A stretch of DNA of 64,000 nucleotides from Desulfatiglandales bacterium (GTDB lineage Bacteria; Desulfobacterota; DSM-4660; Desulfatiglandales; HGW-15): assembly GCA_963667015.2 (NCBI GenBank), contig CAXXJJ010000001.1, positions 96,001 through 160,000 on the forward strand, given 5' to 3'. The notes under the pieces were generated by a model, which was not told the origin of the DNA, did not search any database, and was given only the letters and a program-made list of their open reading frames with translations. A program made the position numbers and the translations under genes. This document shows, in pieces, positions 31,289-42,374 of this stretch. The stretch's first letter is position 1, and the number at the start of each line of letters is the position of its first letter.

Positions 31289-32847
31289 CAGTATTCAACC
31301 ATGAAAATCTCACAAACCCTTTTAACCGCACTTTTTAAGTCAAAGGGTTTTGAAATAATATGATCCGGGCCTGTTTCTTCTGAACGCCCATGGTCCTTGA
31401 TATGTGATCCATTCTTTAAACCAACAGTGATAAGCCCGGGATTTATCTGCCGGCATTTTTTCCAGAATGCCCTGTTATTCACTCCCAGGCCTTCAACATC
31501 AGCTATAAGCAGGTTAATCTTTTTCTTTTTGATTGCAGCAAGACCATCAATAGTACTCCCGGTTTTATCAACCCGGCACCCCTTTTCAGTAAGTAAATGG
31601 GCGAATAGTTCCTTTGCGATATCTTCGGGCTGAATTATAAGTATTCTGGCCTTTTTCAGTTTATTTAGATCTACCTTCTTTCTTTTTGGCGGTTCTTTAT
31701 AAACCGGCAGGATTATCTGAAAAATATTACCCTGTCCCCCGCCCGGAAGATATTCAATCTCGCCATGATGTTTCTCAATAACTGCCCTTGCATATCTCAT
31801 CCCGAGTTCGTGAACGCGAGATGGACCATCCACGGCAAATGGCTCGAAAATACTTTCTATCCTGTTTTCCCTGACACTCAGGCCGCTGTCCTGGATATAG
31901 ATGTATATTTTTTCCGCATTTTCTTCTGTCGTAATATGAATCTCTCCTGCGCCGGAGACATTTGAAATCGAGTTCAGGAATAACTGGGTAATTGCATCTG
32001 TTAATTCGACGGGATTTCCATTCAGGGAGGATGACGCCCTTAAATATGTCTTTATATCTATCTCCTCTGCCTCTTCGATGCTGCTGACCCGGCCTACTGC
32101 CTCATCAATTATCCGGTTTATTCCGGTGACTTTTTTATCTCTGTATTCATTCTTTTCAGCTGTTATGGATTCCAGCATGCCAATATCCCTGAGGATATTT
32201 TTCTGTTCAGCATTTAATTTTTCGATTGCATGATCAAGGTTTATGTTATCCAATCCACTGAAACCCTTGAAGATCTTCAATATACCGGGGATAGCCTCTG
32301 TCCTTTTTTCTAAAAGGGATTTAAATCCATAGGCCATTTTTATCTCTGTGCTGTTTTTTATCTCATATTTTTCTTTTTTCCTGATCTGTTCTCTTTCCTC
32401 AAGTCTTGTAATATTAAGGAGATAGGATGCCCTGCCCCTGTACCGTATCCTTCGCGCCTCTATACTGCAAAATATTGCTTCATCACTTTCGGTAAGCAGC
32501 CGTGTATCATATTGCCCTTTGGTGACTTTGCCGGCGCTCCACTTGTTGTGAATAAATCTGACTTCCGAGAGGTTGTCGGGATGGATAAAATTGAGGAAGT
32601 TCCTGTTTATCATCTCATCCGCCTTATAACCCATATACCCTAGAAATGTGTCATTAACCTCCAGAATTCTCCCATGCCAGATAAGAACTATCCCGGAAGG
32701 GGTGTTTCCAAACAGGATATTTTTATCCTTAAACTCTTTTTTAAGGCGGGCATTTTCCTTTTTCAGGAGGGAGACAGTTTCTTTCTCTTTTTTATATTTT
32801 TCTTTAAGTTGTTGATTCTTCTTTTCAAATTCTTCAAGCTTATTCAT
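31288..32847 (-). CDS. PAS-HATPase-REC hybrid kinase-like protein, degenerate
   Basis: PAS 'FIHPD'; HATPase 'DSG', 'IFEPF'; H-box His and receiver acidic pair missing. Confidence 0.7.
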   Translation of the reverse strand: MNKLEEFEKKNQQLKEKYKKEKETVSLLKKENARLKKEFKDKNILFGNTPSGIVLIWHGRILEVNDTFLGYMGYKADEMINRNFLNFIHPDNLSEVRFIHNKWSAGKVTKGQYDTRLLTESDEAIFCSIEARRIRYRGRASYLLNITRLEEREQIRKKEKYEIKNSTEIKMAYGFKSLLEKRTEAIPGILKIFKGFSGLDNINLDHAIEKLNAEQKNILRDIGMLESITAEKNEYRDKKVTGINRIIDEAVGRVSSIEEAEEIDIKTYLRASSSLNGNPVELTDAITQLFLNSISNVSGAGEIHITTEENAEKIYIYIQDSGLSVRENRIESIFEPFAVDGPSRVHELGMRYARAVIEKHHGEIEYLPGGGQGNIFQIILPVYKEPPKRKKVDLNKLKKARILIIQPEDIAKELFAHLLTEKGCRVDKTGSTIDGLAAIKKKKINLLIADVEGLGVNNRAFWKKCRQINPGLITVGLKNGSHIKDHGRSEETGPDHIISKPFDLKSAVKRVCEIFMVEY

Positions 32848-33010
32848 TTAAACTGTTTCCCTGAACAGGTATTTTGTTATAGGTACGTTTCCATGGATCT
32901 TTAGTCCTGGAAATCCGGAAAATGCTCTTGATGATGTATGTTATTTACCGTATCATAACCACCTTATTGCCTACAATAAAGAATGTTTTAAAATTAATCG
33001 AGGTAACAAT

Positions 33011-36000
33011 TTGTCAGACAACTCATCCTTTGTAAACCTTCATGTTCACACGGAATTCAGCCTTCTGGACGGGGCTATCACAATAAAAAAACTGATAAGC
33101 AAGGCAGCCAGCCTCAATATGCCGGGCGTTGCGGTTACCGACCATGGTAATATGTTCGGAGCTGTGCAGCTTTTTACTCATTCGGCAAAGACCGACGTCA
33201 GGCCGGTTATCGGTTGTGAGCTTTATGTGGCCCCGGGAGATCGCCGGGAACATGCCCCTTCAAAGGATGGCCAGCCAAACAATTATCACCTTGTTCTCCT
33301 TGTAATGAATGAAACCGGTTACAGAAACCTGAGCAGGCTTGTAACAATGGGCTACCTTGAGGGCTTTTACTACAAGCCAAGGATCGATATGGAAATACTC
33401 AGGGAATATAATGAAGGCCTTATAGCCCTTTCAGCCTGCATGAAGGGAATTGTCCCATATAACATCAGAAAAGGCCGCATGGATATTGCCGCTCAAAAGG
33501 CCAGGGAGTTTGAATCCATATTCGATGACGGAAGGTTTTATCTTGAGGTTCAGGCGAACGGCATGCCTGAACAGAATGATTTAAACAGAAAGATCAGGGA
33601 ATTATCCAACGAGTTATCTATACCCCTTGTAGGCACAAATGACTGCCATTATCTAAACAGGGAAGATTCAGAGGCCCATGATGCGCTGCTCTGCATCCAG
33701 ACAGGCAAGATAGTTGATGACCCTAACAGGATGAGGTTCTCAACAAATGAGTTCTATTTCAAGTCCAGAAAGGAGATGGAAGAAACCTTTGACGGTGATT
33801 ACTCCGATGCTCTGGACAACACGGTTGAAATTGCTAACCGATGTGAATATCAAATGGAATTCGGGAAATATAAATATCCCGTATATGACACGGCTCCGGG
33901 AAAAACCCTTGATGATATGGTAAGGGAGCAGGCCCGGGACGGCCTTAAAGAAAGGCTGGCACAGAGAGAAAAGGAAGACGGTCCTTTAAGTGAAGAGCTT
34001 ATCAGGGAATATGAAGAAAGGCTCGAGTATGAGCTGGATATAATAGTCAAGATGGGCTTCTCCGGTTATTTCCTTATCGTAGGTGATTTTATCGAATATG
34101 CCCGGAATGCGGACATTCCGGTTGGCCCAGGTAGAGGTTCGGCCGCGGGATCCCTTGCGGTTTACTGCCTTGGCATCACAAACCTTGACCCCATAAAATA
34201 TGACCTGATTTTTGAAAGATTTCTCAATCCCGAAAGAATAAGCATGCCTGATATTGATATCGACTTCTGCATGAACGGCCGGGATGATGTAATAAAATAC
34301 GTGTCGGACAAATACGGGTATGAGAACGTGGGCTACATTGTCACCTTTGGTACCATGAAGGCCCGCGGAGTTATAAGGGATGTGGGAAGGGTGCTTAATA
34401 TCCCCTATAACGATGTGGATAAAATCGCCAAGATGGTTCCCGAAGGGCCGAAGGTTACATTGGAAAAGGCCATGGAAGAGGAGCCGGACTTAAAGAAGCT
34501 TGAAAACGGCCAGCCGACCGAACGGACCCTTCTCAAAGTTGCCAGATCACTGGAAGGCATCTCCAGGCACTCATCAACCCATGCATCGGGAATTGTTATC
34601 TCGGATAAGCCACTTGTGGAATACCTGCCTGTTATCAAGGGGTCAAGCGATGAAATCATTACCCAGTATACAATGGACCAGGTCGAAAAGATCGGTCTTA
34701 TCAAGTTTGACTTTCTGGGACTTAAAACCCTTACCGTTATAAAACACGCCCTTAAACTCATAAAAGATTCAACCGGCGATGATATAGATATTGATAATAT
34801 TTCTCTAAAAGATCAGAAAACCTTCCAGCTCTCACAGGAAGGAAGAACCACAGGTGTTTTCCAGCTTGAAAGTGACGGCATGAAAGACCTGCTGCGGCGC
34901 CTAAAACCAGAGGATTTTGAGGATTTTGTCGCCCTTGTTGCCCTTTACAGGCCGGGGCCAATGGACTGGATACCTGATTACATTGACGGAAAACATGGAA
35001 AGAGAACGCCGAAATACCTTCATCCCAAGCTCGAGCCCATCCTTGGAAAGACCTATGGAGTAGCTGTATACCAGGAGCAGGTAATGCAGATAGCAAGGGA
35101 TCTGGCAGGTTTTTCCATGGGAGAAGCTGATGTTCTCAGAAAGGCCATGGGAAAAAAGAAGGTTGACCTCCTGGCAGAGCAAAAGGAAAAATTTCTTAAC
35201 GGCTGTGAAAAAAATAATATCAGCAAAAAGCTTGGCGAACAGATCTTTGCGTTTATTGAACCCTTTGCAGGATACGGTTTTAACCGGTCACATGCTGCAT
35301 GTTATGCACTCATAGGTTACCAGACCGCCTATCTCAAGGCACATTATCCTGTCCAGTTTATGGCGGCTCTACTGACCAATGACATGGGCAGCCCGGACAA
35401 AACCATTAAGAATATCGCGGAATGCCGCGAGATGGGTATAAAGATACTGCCCCCGGATGTAAACGAAAGTATGGCGGACTTTACTGTTATTGACGATGCC
35501 ATACGATTCGGCCTTGCTGCGGTAAAAAATGTCGGATTAAAGGCCGTTGAATCAATTATTGATATGAGGAACAAAGACGGCAAATTCAAGGACCTGTTTG
35601 ATTTTTGTGAAAGGGTTGACGGGTCAAAGGTAAACAAGAGAGTTCTTGAAGGTCTTATTCAGTGCGGGGCACTGGATTTTGCAGGAATAAACAGATCAGT
35701 CCTTTATGCCTCTGTCGATGACCTTATCCGGATGGCCGGAGCAAACCATGATCCAAACCAGCTTACAATCTTCAGCACCATGAAGGATGACAATAAAGGT
35801 ATGATGGCCCTTTTCCAGTTTCCCGAACTGGATGAATGGAGCGATAAGGAAAAACTGAAAAAAGAAAAGGAATCCCTCGGGTTTTATATTACCGGCCATC
35901 CGCTCAATGAATATCAGCAGGCGGTTGAGCGGTTTACAACGTCTTCTATTCACGGAATGCTTGAACTCGAAGACCGTTCAGAGGTCAAGATAGCCGGCGT

Positions 36001-36478
36001 GATCGCGAGTGTCAGTATGAAGCGGACAAAAAGGGGTGACAGGATGGCCATTGTTTCCCTTGAGGACCAGACAGGGTCCGCAGAGGCCGTCTTTTTTCCA
36101 GAGGCCTTTTCCAATTTTTCTCACCTGCTTGTGGGAGATGATCCGCTGCTTGTAACAGGCATTGCAGAACTGAGCGACAACAGGGCCAAAATTATCGCCA
36201 AAGAGGTGGAATCACTGGAAGTAAAAAGACAGAAATCCATACGGACAATTAAATTCAATCTTGATGAAAAAAAGATCAACAAAGAATATCTCGAAGAACT
36301 TAGAGATATCTTTTTCAAGTATACAGGAGAGAGCAGTGTTGAGTTCAGACTGGAAGTGGATAATGGAGAGGTATTCCATATATCTGCAAATGACCACTAC
36401 CGGGTGCTCCCATGCGAAGAAATGATGTGCGAGATAGAGGAAAGGACAGGAAAAAGAATTCCCTGCACCTACCATTAA
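33011..36478 (+). CDS. dnaE: DNA polymerase III alpha subunit
   Basis: PHP 'HVHTEFSLLDG', 'GRGSAAGS', 'MPDIDIDF', 'KFDFLGL'. Confidence 0.98.
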   Translation: MSDNSSFVNLHVHTEFSLLDGAITIKKLISKAASLNMPGVAVTDHGNMFGAVQLFTHSAKTDVRPVIGCELYVAPGDRREHAPSKDGQPNNYHLVLLVMNETGYRNLSRLVTMGYLEGFYYKPRIDMEILREYNEGLIALSACMKGIVPYNIRKGRMDIAAQKAREFESIFDDGRFYLEVQANGMPEQNDLNRKIRELSNELSIPLVGTNDCHYLNREDSEAHDALLCIQTGKIVDDPNRMRFSTNEFYFKSRKEMEETFDGDYSDALDNTVEIANRCEYQMEFGKYKYPVYDTAPGKTLDDMVREQARDGLKERLAQREKEDGPLSEELIREYEERLEYELDIIVKMGFSGYFLIVGDFIEYARNADIPVGPGRGSAAGSLAVYCLGITNLDPIKYDLIFERFLNPERISMPDIDIDFCMNGRDDVIKYVSDKYGYENVGYIVTFGTMKARGVIRDVGRVLNIPYNDVDKIAKMVPEGPKVTLEKAMEEEPDLKKLENGQPTERTLLKVARSLEGISRHSSTHASGIVISDKPLVEYLPVIKGSSDEIITQYTMDQVEKIGLIKFDFLGLKTLTVIKHALKLIKDSTGDDIDIDNISLKDQKTFQLSQEGRTTGVFQLESDGMKDLLRRLKPEDFEDFVALVALYRPGPMDWIPDYIDGKHGKRTPKYLHPKLEPILGKTYGVAVYQEQVMQIARDLAGFSMGEADVLRKAMGKKKVDLLAEQKEKFLNGCEKNNISKKLGEQIFAFIEPFAGYGFNRSHAACYALIGYQTAYLKAHYPVQFMAALLTNDMGSPDKTIKNIAECREMGIKILPPDVNESMADFTVIDDAIRFGLAAVKNVGLKAVESIIDMRNKDGKFKDLFDFCERVDGSKVNKRVLEGLIQCGALDFAGINRSVLYASVDDLIRMAGANHDPNQLTIFSTMKDDNKGMMALFQFPELDEWSDKEKLKKEKESLGFYITGHPLNEYQQAVERFTTSSIHGMLELEDRSEVKIAGVIASVSMKRTKRGDRMAIVSLEDQTGSAEAVFFPEAFSNFSHLLVGDDPLLVTGIAELSDNRAKIIAKEVESLEVKRQKSIRTIKFNLDEKKINKEYLEELRDIFFKYTGESSVEFRLEVDNGEVFHISANDHYRVLPCEEMMCEIEERTGKRIPCTYH

Positions 36479-36494
36479 CCAGAAGATATTTTAT

Positions 36495-39218
36495 ATGACC
36501 AGTAAACGAACAATAATCGTTTCTTTAATAATTTTCTTTTCACTGCTTTTTACAGGTCTTGCTGCACTATCATGCTTTTTTTTGTTTGTCCCAGGATATA
36601 TTGAATCCGAAATCCTTCCTTCCATAAGCAAAGATACCGGCATTGAGATTTCTTCTCTGAAAGTCCGAAGTGTGGGACTGCGGGGAGCAGAAATAAGTGA
36701 TGTAAAACTCGGGCCGAATAATAATGAAGGACTCGTAATAGACTCCATTCGCCTTGATTATTCCATTTCCGGCCTGCTCGATCGAAAACTCGAAGGGGTT
36801 GCGTTAAGCGGGATATCAGTAACCCTTGAATACAAAGATAATCAGGTATCGGTTAAAGGCCTTGACGCGTTAATGACAAATCAGGAGCCCGATACAAAAA
36901 GTGGCAGTGATAAATCCAAACCTTTTAGGGTTAATAAAATATCAATAACAAATTCGGTATTGTCCTTAAATGTGAATGAAAAGGGATTAAGGGTTCCATT
37001 TGACCTGACAGCAACCGCCTTTGATCAATATCATCTGCCGGATAAATTCATGCTGGAGATATTTCCTGGTGACAACAGGGCTGTCATTGAGGGTAATATC
37101 ACTGGCAATAATGATATTTTATTAAAACTTACCTCCCATGCCCTTTCTCTGAAGATGTTCGAAGATGTTATAAATGAGATAGCCCCGCTTAATATTAAAG
37201 GACAGGCAGATATTGAAGTCTCTGCAAAACTTTCACAGGACCCGATTTCCATCACTGACATCTCTGCATCCTGCAGTCTGGAAAAAACAACCGTTGAATA
37301 CCCTGGCGCTGCGGTAAGGAATCCGGTTAACCCTGACAAAAGTGAACAGCCGATAACTATACAGGCTGAGTCAAAGGATCTGGAACACTGGGAGTATAAT
37401 GTTTCACAAACCTTATTGGATACCGAAACATTTCCCATAATACTTGAACTTTCCGGAACAGCAGAAATTTCCGGTGAGGCAATGAAAGGAAATATTAAGG
37501 CCGTAACCGGGTTTATAACCGGAAGTGACCAGTTTGAAATGATATGGAGTATAGCAGGAGAGGGACTGAAAGATTCCGATTACTATAAAGTAGTTATCAA
37601 TGGCAGGACTGAAACAACAGGTGATAAAGCATTGCCGGCTAAAGTTCATTTTGATGACATGCTGTATATCGCCTTTTCTCCCGAGGTCAATATTCAGTCA
37701 GAATACCGTAATGGCGCTATATCCGGGTCATATATTGTCAGTTTAAAAAATATTGAATCAGCATACAATGAGATGAACATATCAATGCCGATACTGTCTA
37801 TCGAAGGTAATGTCGATCAATCGGAGGGCAGTAAAGAAAAATTCGTTTCAATCTTTTCTGTTGAAGGTAAAGATATTGTATATACTGGGTTTGATGTCAT
37901 AATGAACATCCCGGACTACCGGATAAAAGGTTCCATGCAGTATGATATGAAAGAGTTTATTAATGCCGGCGCCATGATTTCTTTCAAAAACGGGAGACTT
38001 TCCATGGCAGAGAACTCATTGAATGTTAATAAAATCTCTGCAGACATTCCTCTTCATCTGCCCCTCTCTGAAAAAAGTCAGAAAGGAAAGCTGTCTATTG
38101 AAAAAATAAAATACGAAGACTACTCTCTGGGTCCGGTTAATATTGATATTTCACAAGAGGGCGGTAACGTACCATTTTCCGGAAATGTAATCTTTCCTGC
38201 TTTGCCTGATATGGCAGTCAATATATCCGGAAACGCGGCAATAGAACCCGTACCGGGTGAGGGAAAAATTATCATTGATGTTCCCGCGTACACACCCAAA
38301 TCCAGAATTGATTTAGGTAAATTTTTACCTGACCTGAAAGGTTTTTATTACAGGGGCAACCTTAAAGGCAGCGCGGATGTTGGTTTTTCAGATTCAGGGC
38401 TGCAGTCGCAATTGAACCTTGAAATAGACAACGGCACAATAGAAAACAGCGAAAATGATCTCAGCCTTGAAAATATAAGGTTATCTCTACGCCTTGAAGA
38501 CCTGTTATCCATGAAAAGCCCCTTTGGGCAGAGGCTGAAGATTGATAAAATCACCATTGGGGATATTAAGGCAGAAGATTTTACACTGGATTTCAAGGTA
38601 GATGGGGCCTCACTTCTTTTTGTTGAGAAGGGAAGTTTTAAATGGTGCGGGGGACATATCAATATTCAGTCATTTCGGATAAATCCTGAAAAGGAAGAAT
38701 ATGATCTTATCCTTTTCTGTGACAGGTTAAAGCTTTCCGAGATACTTGCCCAGTTTGGAGTAGCCAATGCCTCCGGAGGAGGAACCGTCAATGGTAAACT
38801 CCCAATAAAACTTTCAAAAAATAAAATCAGTTTCGAGGACGGATTTCTCTATTCAACACCCGGTGGCGGCGGAAAAATAAATATCACGGATACCGAAATC
38901 CTCACCAAGGGTCTTAATCCTGATTCTGCCGAATATGCACAGATGGATATAGCAAGGGAGGCCCTGAAGGCTTTCGAATATACCTGGGTAAAAATGTCAT
39001 TTGCGACTGAAAAGAATGAACTGGTGCTAAAACTGCAATTTGATGGCAAACCCGAAAACAGGCTCCCTTTTACATATAATGAACGTGTCAAACGATTCGT
39101 TCGAGTTCAAAACATTGCTGAAGGTTCCGATTTTGAAGGAATCAGCCTTGATGTCAATTTCAGGGTTCCCATTGATAGAGTCTTGAATATTAAAGATGTG
39201 TTAGATATGATGGAGTAA
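36495..39218 (+). CDS. ydbH: YdbH-family intermembrane lipid transport protein
   Basis: N-terminal TM, long beta-rich body; synteny with ynbE and ydbL. Confidence 0.75.
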   Translation: MTSKRTIIVSLIIFFSLLFTGLAALSCFFLFVPGYIESEILPSISKDTGIEISSLKVRSVGLRGAEISDVKLGPNNNEGLVIDSIRLDYSISGLLDRKLEGVALSGISVTLEYKDNQVSVKGLDALMTNQEPDTKSGSDKSKPFRVNKISITNSVLSLNVNEKGLRVPFDLTATAFDQYHLPDKFMLEIFPGDNRAVIEGNITGNNDILLKLTSHALSLKMFEDVINEIAPLNIKGQADIEVSAKLSQDPISITDISASCSLEKTTVEYPGAAVRNPVNPDKSEQPITIQAESKDLEHWEYNVSQTLLDTETFPIILELSGTAEISGEAMKGNIKAVTGFITGSDQFEMIWSIAGEGLKDSDYYKVVINGRTETTGDKALPAKVHFDDMLYIAFSPEVNIQSEYRNGAISGSYIVSLKNIESAYNEMNISMPILSIEGNVDQSEGSKEKFVSIFSVEGKDIVYTGFDVIMNIPDYRIKGSMQYDMKEFINAGAMISFKNGRLSMAENSLNVNKISADIPLHLPLSEKSQKGKLSIEKIKYEDYSLGPVNIDISQEGGNVPFSGNVIFPALPDMAVNISGNAAIEPVPGEGKIIIDVPAYTPKSRIDLGKFLPDLKGFYYRGNLKGSADVGFSDSGLQSQLNLEIDNGTIENSENDLSLENIRLSLRLEDLLSMKSPFGQRLKIDKITIGDIKAEDFTLDFKVDGASLLFVEKGSFKWCGGHINIQSFRINPEKEEYDLILFCDRLKLSEILAQFGVANASGGGTVNGKLPIKLSKNKISFEDGFLYSTPGGGGKINITDTEILTKGLNPDSAEYAQMDIAREALKAFEYTWVKMSFATEKNELVLKLQFDGKPENRLPFTYNERVKRFVRVQNIAEGSDFEGISLDVNFRVPIDRVLNIKDVLDMME

Positions 39219-39326
39219 TAAATTTAAGTGAATTGATCCCCTGCATTTTTACTGTTTTTTTGTGATATTTTGAGTTTTTTATAAGTTGGGTTGTCTATTA
39301 GTATGAATCATTTAAAGGAGATTATT

Positions 39327-39536
39327 ATGGCAAGGATTCTTTCAAGGGCAGTTATTTTCACAGGACTGTTGCTGTGTCTTAATGCCTGCAATACAAAACA
39401 CGCTATTGAGGTGGCACCGATTGAGACAAGGCATGTTGTCGAACCGATTCATATAACGATAGATATAAATGTCCGGATAGATAAGGACCTGGACGACTTT
39501 TTCGGCGACCTTGATGAAGCTGAGGAACAGTTGTAA
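39327..39536 (+). CDS. ynbE: YnbE-family lipoprotein
   Basis: Lipobox 'LNAC'; 'PIHITIDINVRID'. Confidence 0.75.
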   Translation: MARILSRAVIFTGLLLCLNACNTKHAIEVAPIETRHVVEPIHITIDINVRIDKDLDDFFGDLDEAEEQL

Positions 39537-39588
39537 CATCCTGTAGAAAAATAAAAATACTTAAACTGGCAAATAGGGAGAGATAAAA

Positions 39589-39969
39589 ATGAATATAAAA
39601 AAATCCAGATTAATATTAATTTTAATAACATTAATAATATTGCTCGCGCAGAATGTCTTTGCTAAAAGCATTAAGGAAATTCAGGATAATATGAAAGATC
39701 GCCTGCCTGCTATTGTTGAACTTAAACAGGCTGGAATTGTCGGAGAGAACAATCTCGGGTACCTTGAATATGTTGGGGCAAGCAAAAAGAATGAAGATAT
39801 CGTTTCAGCCGAAAACAATGACAGAAAAATAGTATATGAAGCACTGGCTAAAAAAAACAATACCTCGGCAGAACTAGTCGGAAAGAGAAGGGCACTGCAG
39901 ATAGCCGAAAAGGCTGATCCTGGAGAATGGTTAAAGAACGAAAGCGGTCAATGGTATCAAAAAAAATAA
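39589..39969 (+). CDS. ydbL: YdbL (DUF1318) family protein
   Basis: 'GIVGENNLGYL', 'ENNDR', 'GEW'. Confidence 0.85.
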   Translation: MNIKKSRLILILITLIILLAQNVFAKSIKEIQDNMKDRLPAIVELKQAGIVGENNLGYLEYVGASKKNEDIVSAENNDRKIVYEALAKKNNTSAELVGKRRALQIAEKADPGEWLKNESGQWYQKK

Positions 39970-40022
39970 CCTCATAGCCTTCCTAAGGCTTTGATTTTTT
40001 AGGATTACGAATAATATCTTCT

Positions 40023-40048
40023 GTAGAGACGGGTTTCAAACCCGTCTC
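40023..40048. repeat. GTAG-type REP palindrome
   Basis: GTAGAGACGGGTTTCAAACCCGTCTC between convergent genes. Confidence 0.7.
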
Positions 40049-40112
40049 CAGGATCAAAATCCATCCAGCTAAATCCAAAAACAACTGCTTTATTTTAAGA
40101 TAAACTGGTGTA

Positions 40113-42119
40113 TTAAGCCTTCACCTCGGCAGGAGTGTCCGGTTTATCCAGTATTTCCCTGATCAATTTTGTCAATTCACTCATTACAACAGGCTTGGAT
40201 ATATAGTGAACTCCCATATCTGTTGCGATTTCATTATTGATCTGGTCACTGTAACCGCTGCAGATGATTACAGGTTTACCGGGATCAACCTCCCGCACTT
40301 TTCCTGCCAGCTCAAGGCCGGACATCTCGGGCATTGTCATATCCGTAATAATCAGATCATACCAGTCACTATTTTTGTGGATCTCTTCATAGGCCGATAT
40401 GCTCTTGTTAAACACGGTAATATTATATCCATATTCGGAAAGAATCTTACTGGTTATATTGGTTATTCCGATTTCGTCATCAATAACAAGTATTCGTTCA
40501 TTACCTTCTCTTGGGGGATCCGGATGTGTTGAAACAGCATCGGCTTCTGTTTCTTTCACTGCCGTTGGGAAATAGATATGAAAGGTGGTTCCTGATCCCG
40601 CTCCGCTGGATACAGAAATATATCCATTATGGTGGGTGATTATTCCGTGTACAATAGCCAGACCAAGACCTGTACCCTCTCCTATTTCCTTGGTTGTAAA
40701 ATAGGGGTCAAATATCTTTTCCAGCGTTTCATCATCCATACCATGTCCCGTATCGGTCACATCCAGCCTGACATATTCCCCTGGCGGCATGTCCAGCTCT
40801 GAAGCAGAGTCGTCTTTTAAAATTTCAACATCCTTCAATGAAACGGTCAACTTTCCTCCGGATTTTTTCATGGCATGATATGCATTTGTACAAAGGTTTA
40901 TCACAACCTGGTGGATTTGCGACGAATCTGCAAGTACTGTTTTCTTTGAATCAATATCTATATTTATGGCAATTGATGAGGGGATGGTAGATTTAAGCAG
41001 GTTGACGGCCTCTTTAATGACAAGGTCTATCTGGATAAACTGCTTTTTATGTTCGGTTCTCTGGCTGACTGTAAGTATGTGGTTTATCAGATCCTTGGCC
41101 CTGTTGGCCGCTTGTTTCATTTCTTCCAGGTCCTCCATGATTTTATTCGTATCCGCAAGATCAAAGGAGGCAAGGTCAATGTATCCGAATATTATTGACA
41201 ATATATTATTAAAATCATGGGCAATGCCGCCTGCCAGCGTCCCCAGGGCTTCCATTTTTTGAGTCTGAAGGAGTTGTTTTTCCAGAAGCCTTTTTTCTTC
41301 TTCAGCTTTTTTTCTGTATGTAATATCTGTATAAATTGTTGCGAACTGACCGGATCCTGGGCTGTAAACCAGTATTTCAAAATATTTATCCAGTTGTTCA
41401 GAATAATGTTCGAAATATTCCGAGTCCCCTTTCAAGGCGACCTTTCCATATGGTTCTATCAGAGAAGCATCCATTCCGGGAATTAGTTCAAAGGCTGTTT
41501 TTCCAATGATTTTATCCTTTTTAATACCGGTCATCTCCTCAAAGGCGGCATTTACATCAAGAAACCTGAAGTCACAGGGATTGCCATTTTCATCACATAT
41601 TATTTCCTGAAGGGCAAAGGCATTAATCATTCTGGTAATCAGTGTACGATAGCGCTCTTCACTTTCCTTTAATTTTTTAGTACGCTGATCTACAAGTTTT
41701 TCAAGTGTTTCTTTGTATTTTTTAAGCTCATCTTCAGCCTTTCTGCGTTCAATTGCGTTCCTCACTGTCAGGGATAATGTTTTAAGATAAAAGCCGTCAG
41801 GGTCCTTTATAAGATAATCACTTGCACCCATCTTCATAGCCATTACAGCTGTTTCTTCGTTACCGCTTCCGGTAACAACGATTATCGGGGTATCGGTGAT
41901 ATCACTGAAAACATCCAGCGAGTTACCGTCACCAAGCACGTAATCGGAGAGTATTACATCAAAGGATTGTGATGCTATTATTTTTCGTGCTGATTCAGCA
42001 GAGTTGGCAAAGACATACTCATAATTAAGAGATTCCTTTTTAATAAATCTCTCATATGCCATCTTGTCTTCCTGGTCATCCTCGATTATCAAGACACGGA
42101 TTTTATTCCCGTCCATCAC
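40113..42119 (-). CDS. REC-PAS-HisKA-HATPase-REC hybrid sensor kinase
   Basis: 'GGIAHDFNN', 'DTGHG', 'GTGLGL'; two receiver domains. Confidence 0.95.
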   Translation of the reverse strand: MMDGNKIRVLIIEDDQEDKMAYERFIKKESLNYEYVFANSAESARKIIASQSFDVILSDYVLGDGNSLDVFSDITDTPIIVVTGSGNEETAVMAMKMGASDYLIKDPDGFYLKTLSLTVRNAIERRKAEDELKKYKETLEKLVDQRTKKLKESEERYRTLITRMINAFALQEIICDENGNPCDFRFLDVNAAFEEMTGIKKDKIIGKTAFELIPGMDASLIEPYGKVALKGDSEYFEHYSEQLDKYFEILVYSPGSGQFATIYTDITYRKKAEEEKRLLEKQLLQTQKMEALGTLAGGIAHDFNNILSIIFGYIDLASFDLADTNKIMEDLEEMKQAANRAKDLINHILTVSQRTEHKKQFIQIDLVIKEAVNLLKSTIPSSIAINIDIDSKKTVLADSSQIHQVVINLCTNAYHAMKKSGGKLTVSLKDVEILKDDSASELDMPPGEYVRLDVTDTGHGMDDETLEKIFDPYFTTKEIGEGTGLGLAIVHGIITHHNGYISVSSGAGSGTTFHIYFPTAVKETEADAVSTHPDPPREGNERILVIDDEIGITNITSKILSEYGYNITVFNKSISAYEEIHKNSDWYDLIITDMTMPEMSGLELAGKVREVDPGKPVIICSGYSDQINNEIATDMGVHYISKPVVMSELTKLIREILDKPDTPAEVKA

Positions 42120-42374
42120 ATCTCCTAGTCGTATATTTCGCTTAACGTCCAGTAGAGGCCTATTTTGCTTATAGTTGAAATGAACAAAAATTAAATTATA
42201 AAATAACTGAGAACAAATAACAGAGGATTAGGCTGATTGTTTTTTTAAAACATTGCGGCTCTAAGTTCAGTCCTTGAACCTTTATTGACTTTAGGGTTAG
42301 CGGTTGTTATATTTTTCAATCTATCACAAGCGAAATTTATCATATTATTATCAAATATTCAATGGAGGAAAATC

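Noticed and set aside
33011..36478. Intein or split in dnaE
   Set aside because: Ordinary length with continuous motifs; no intein signatures seen.
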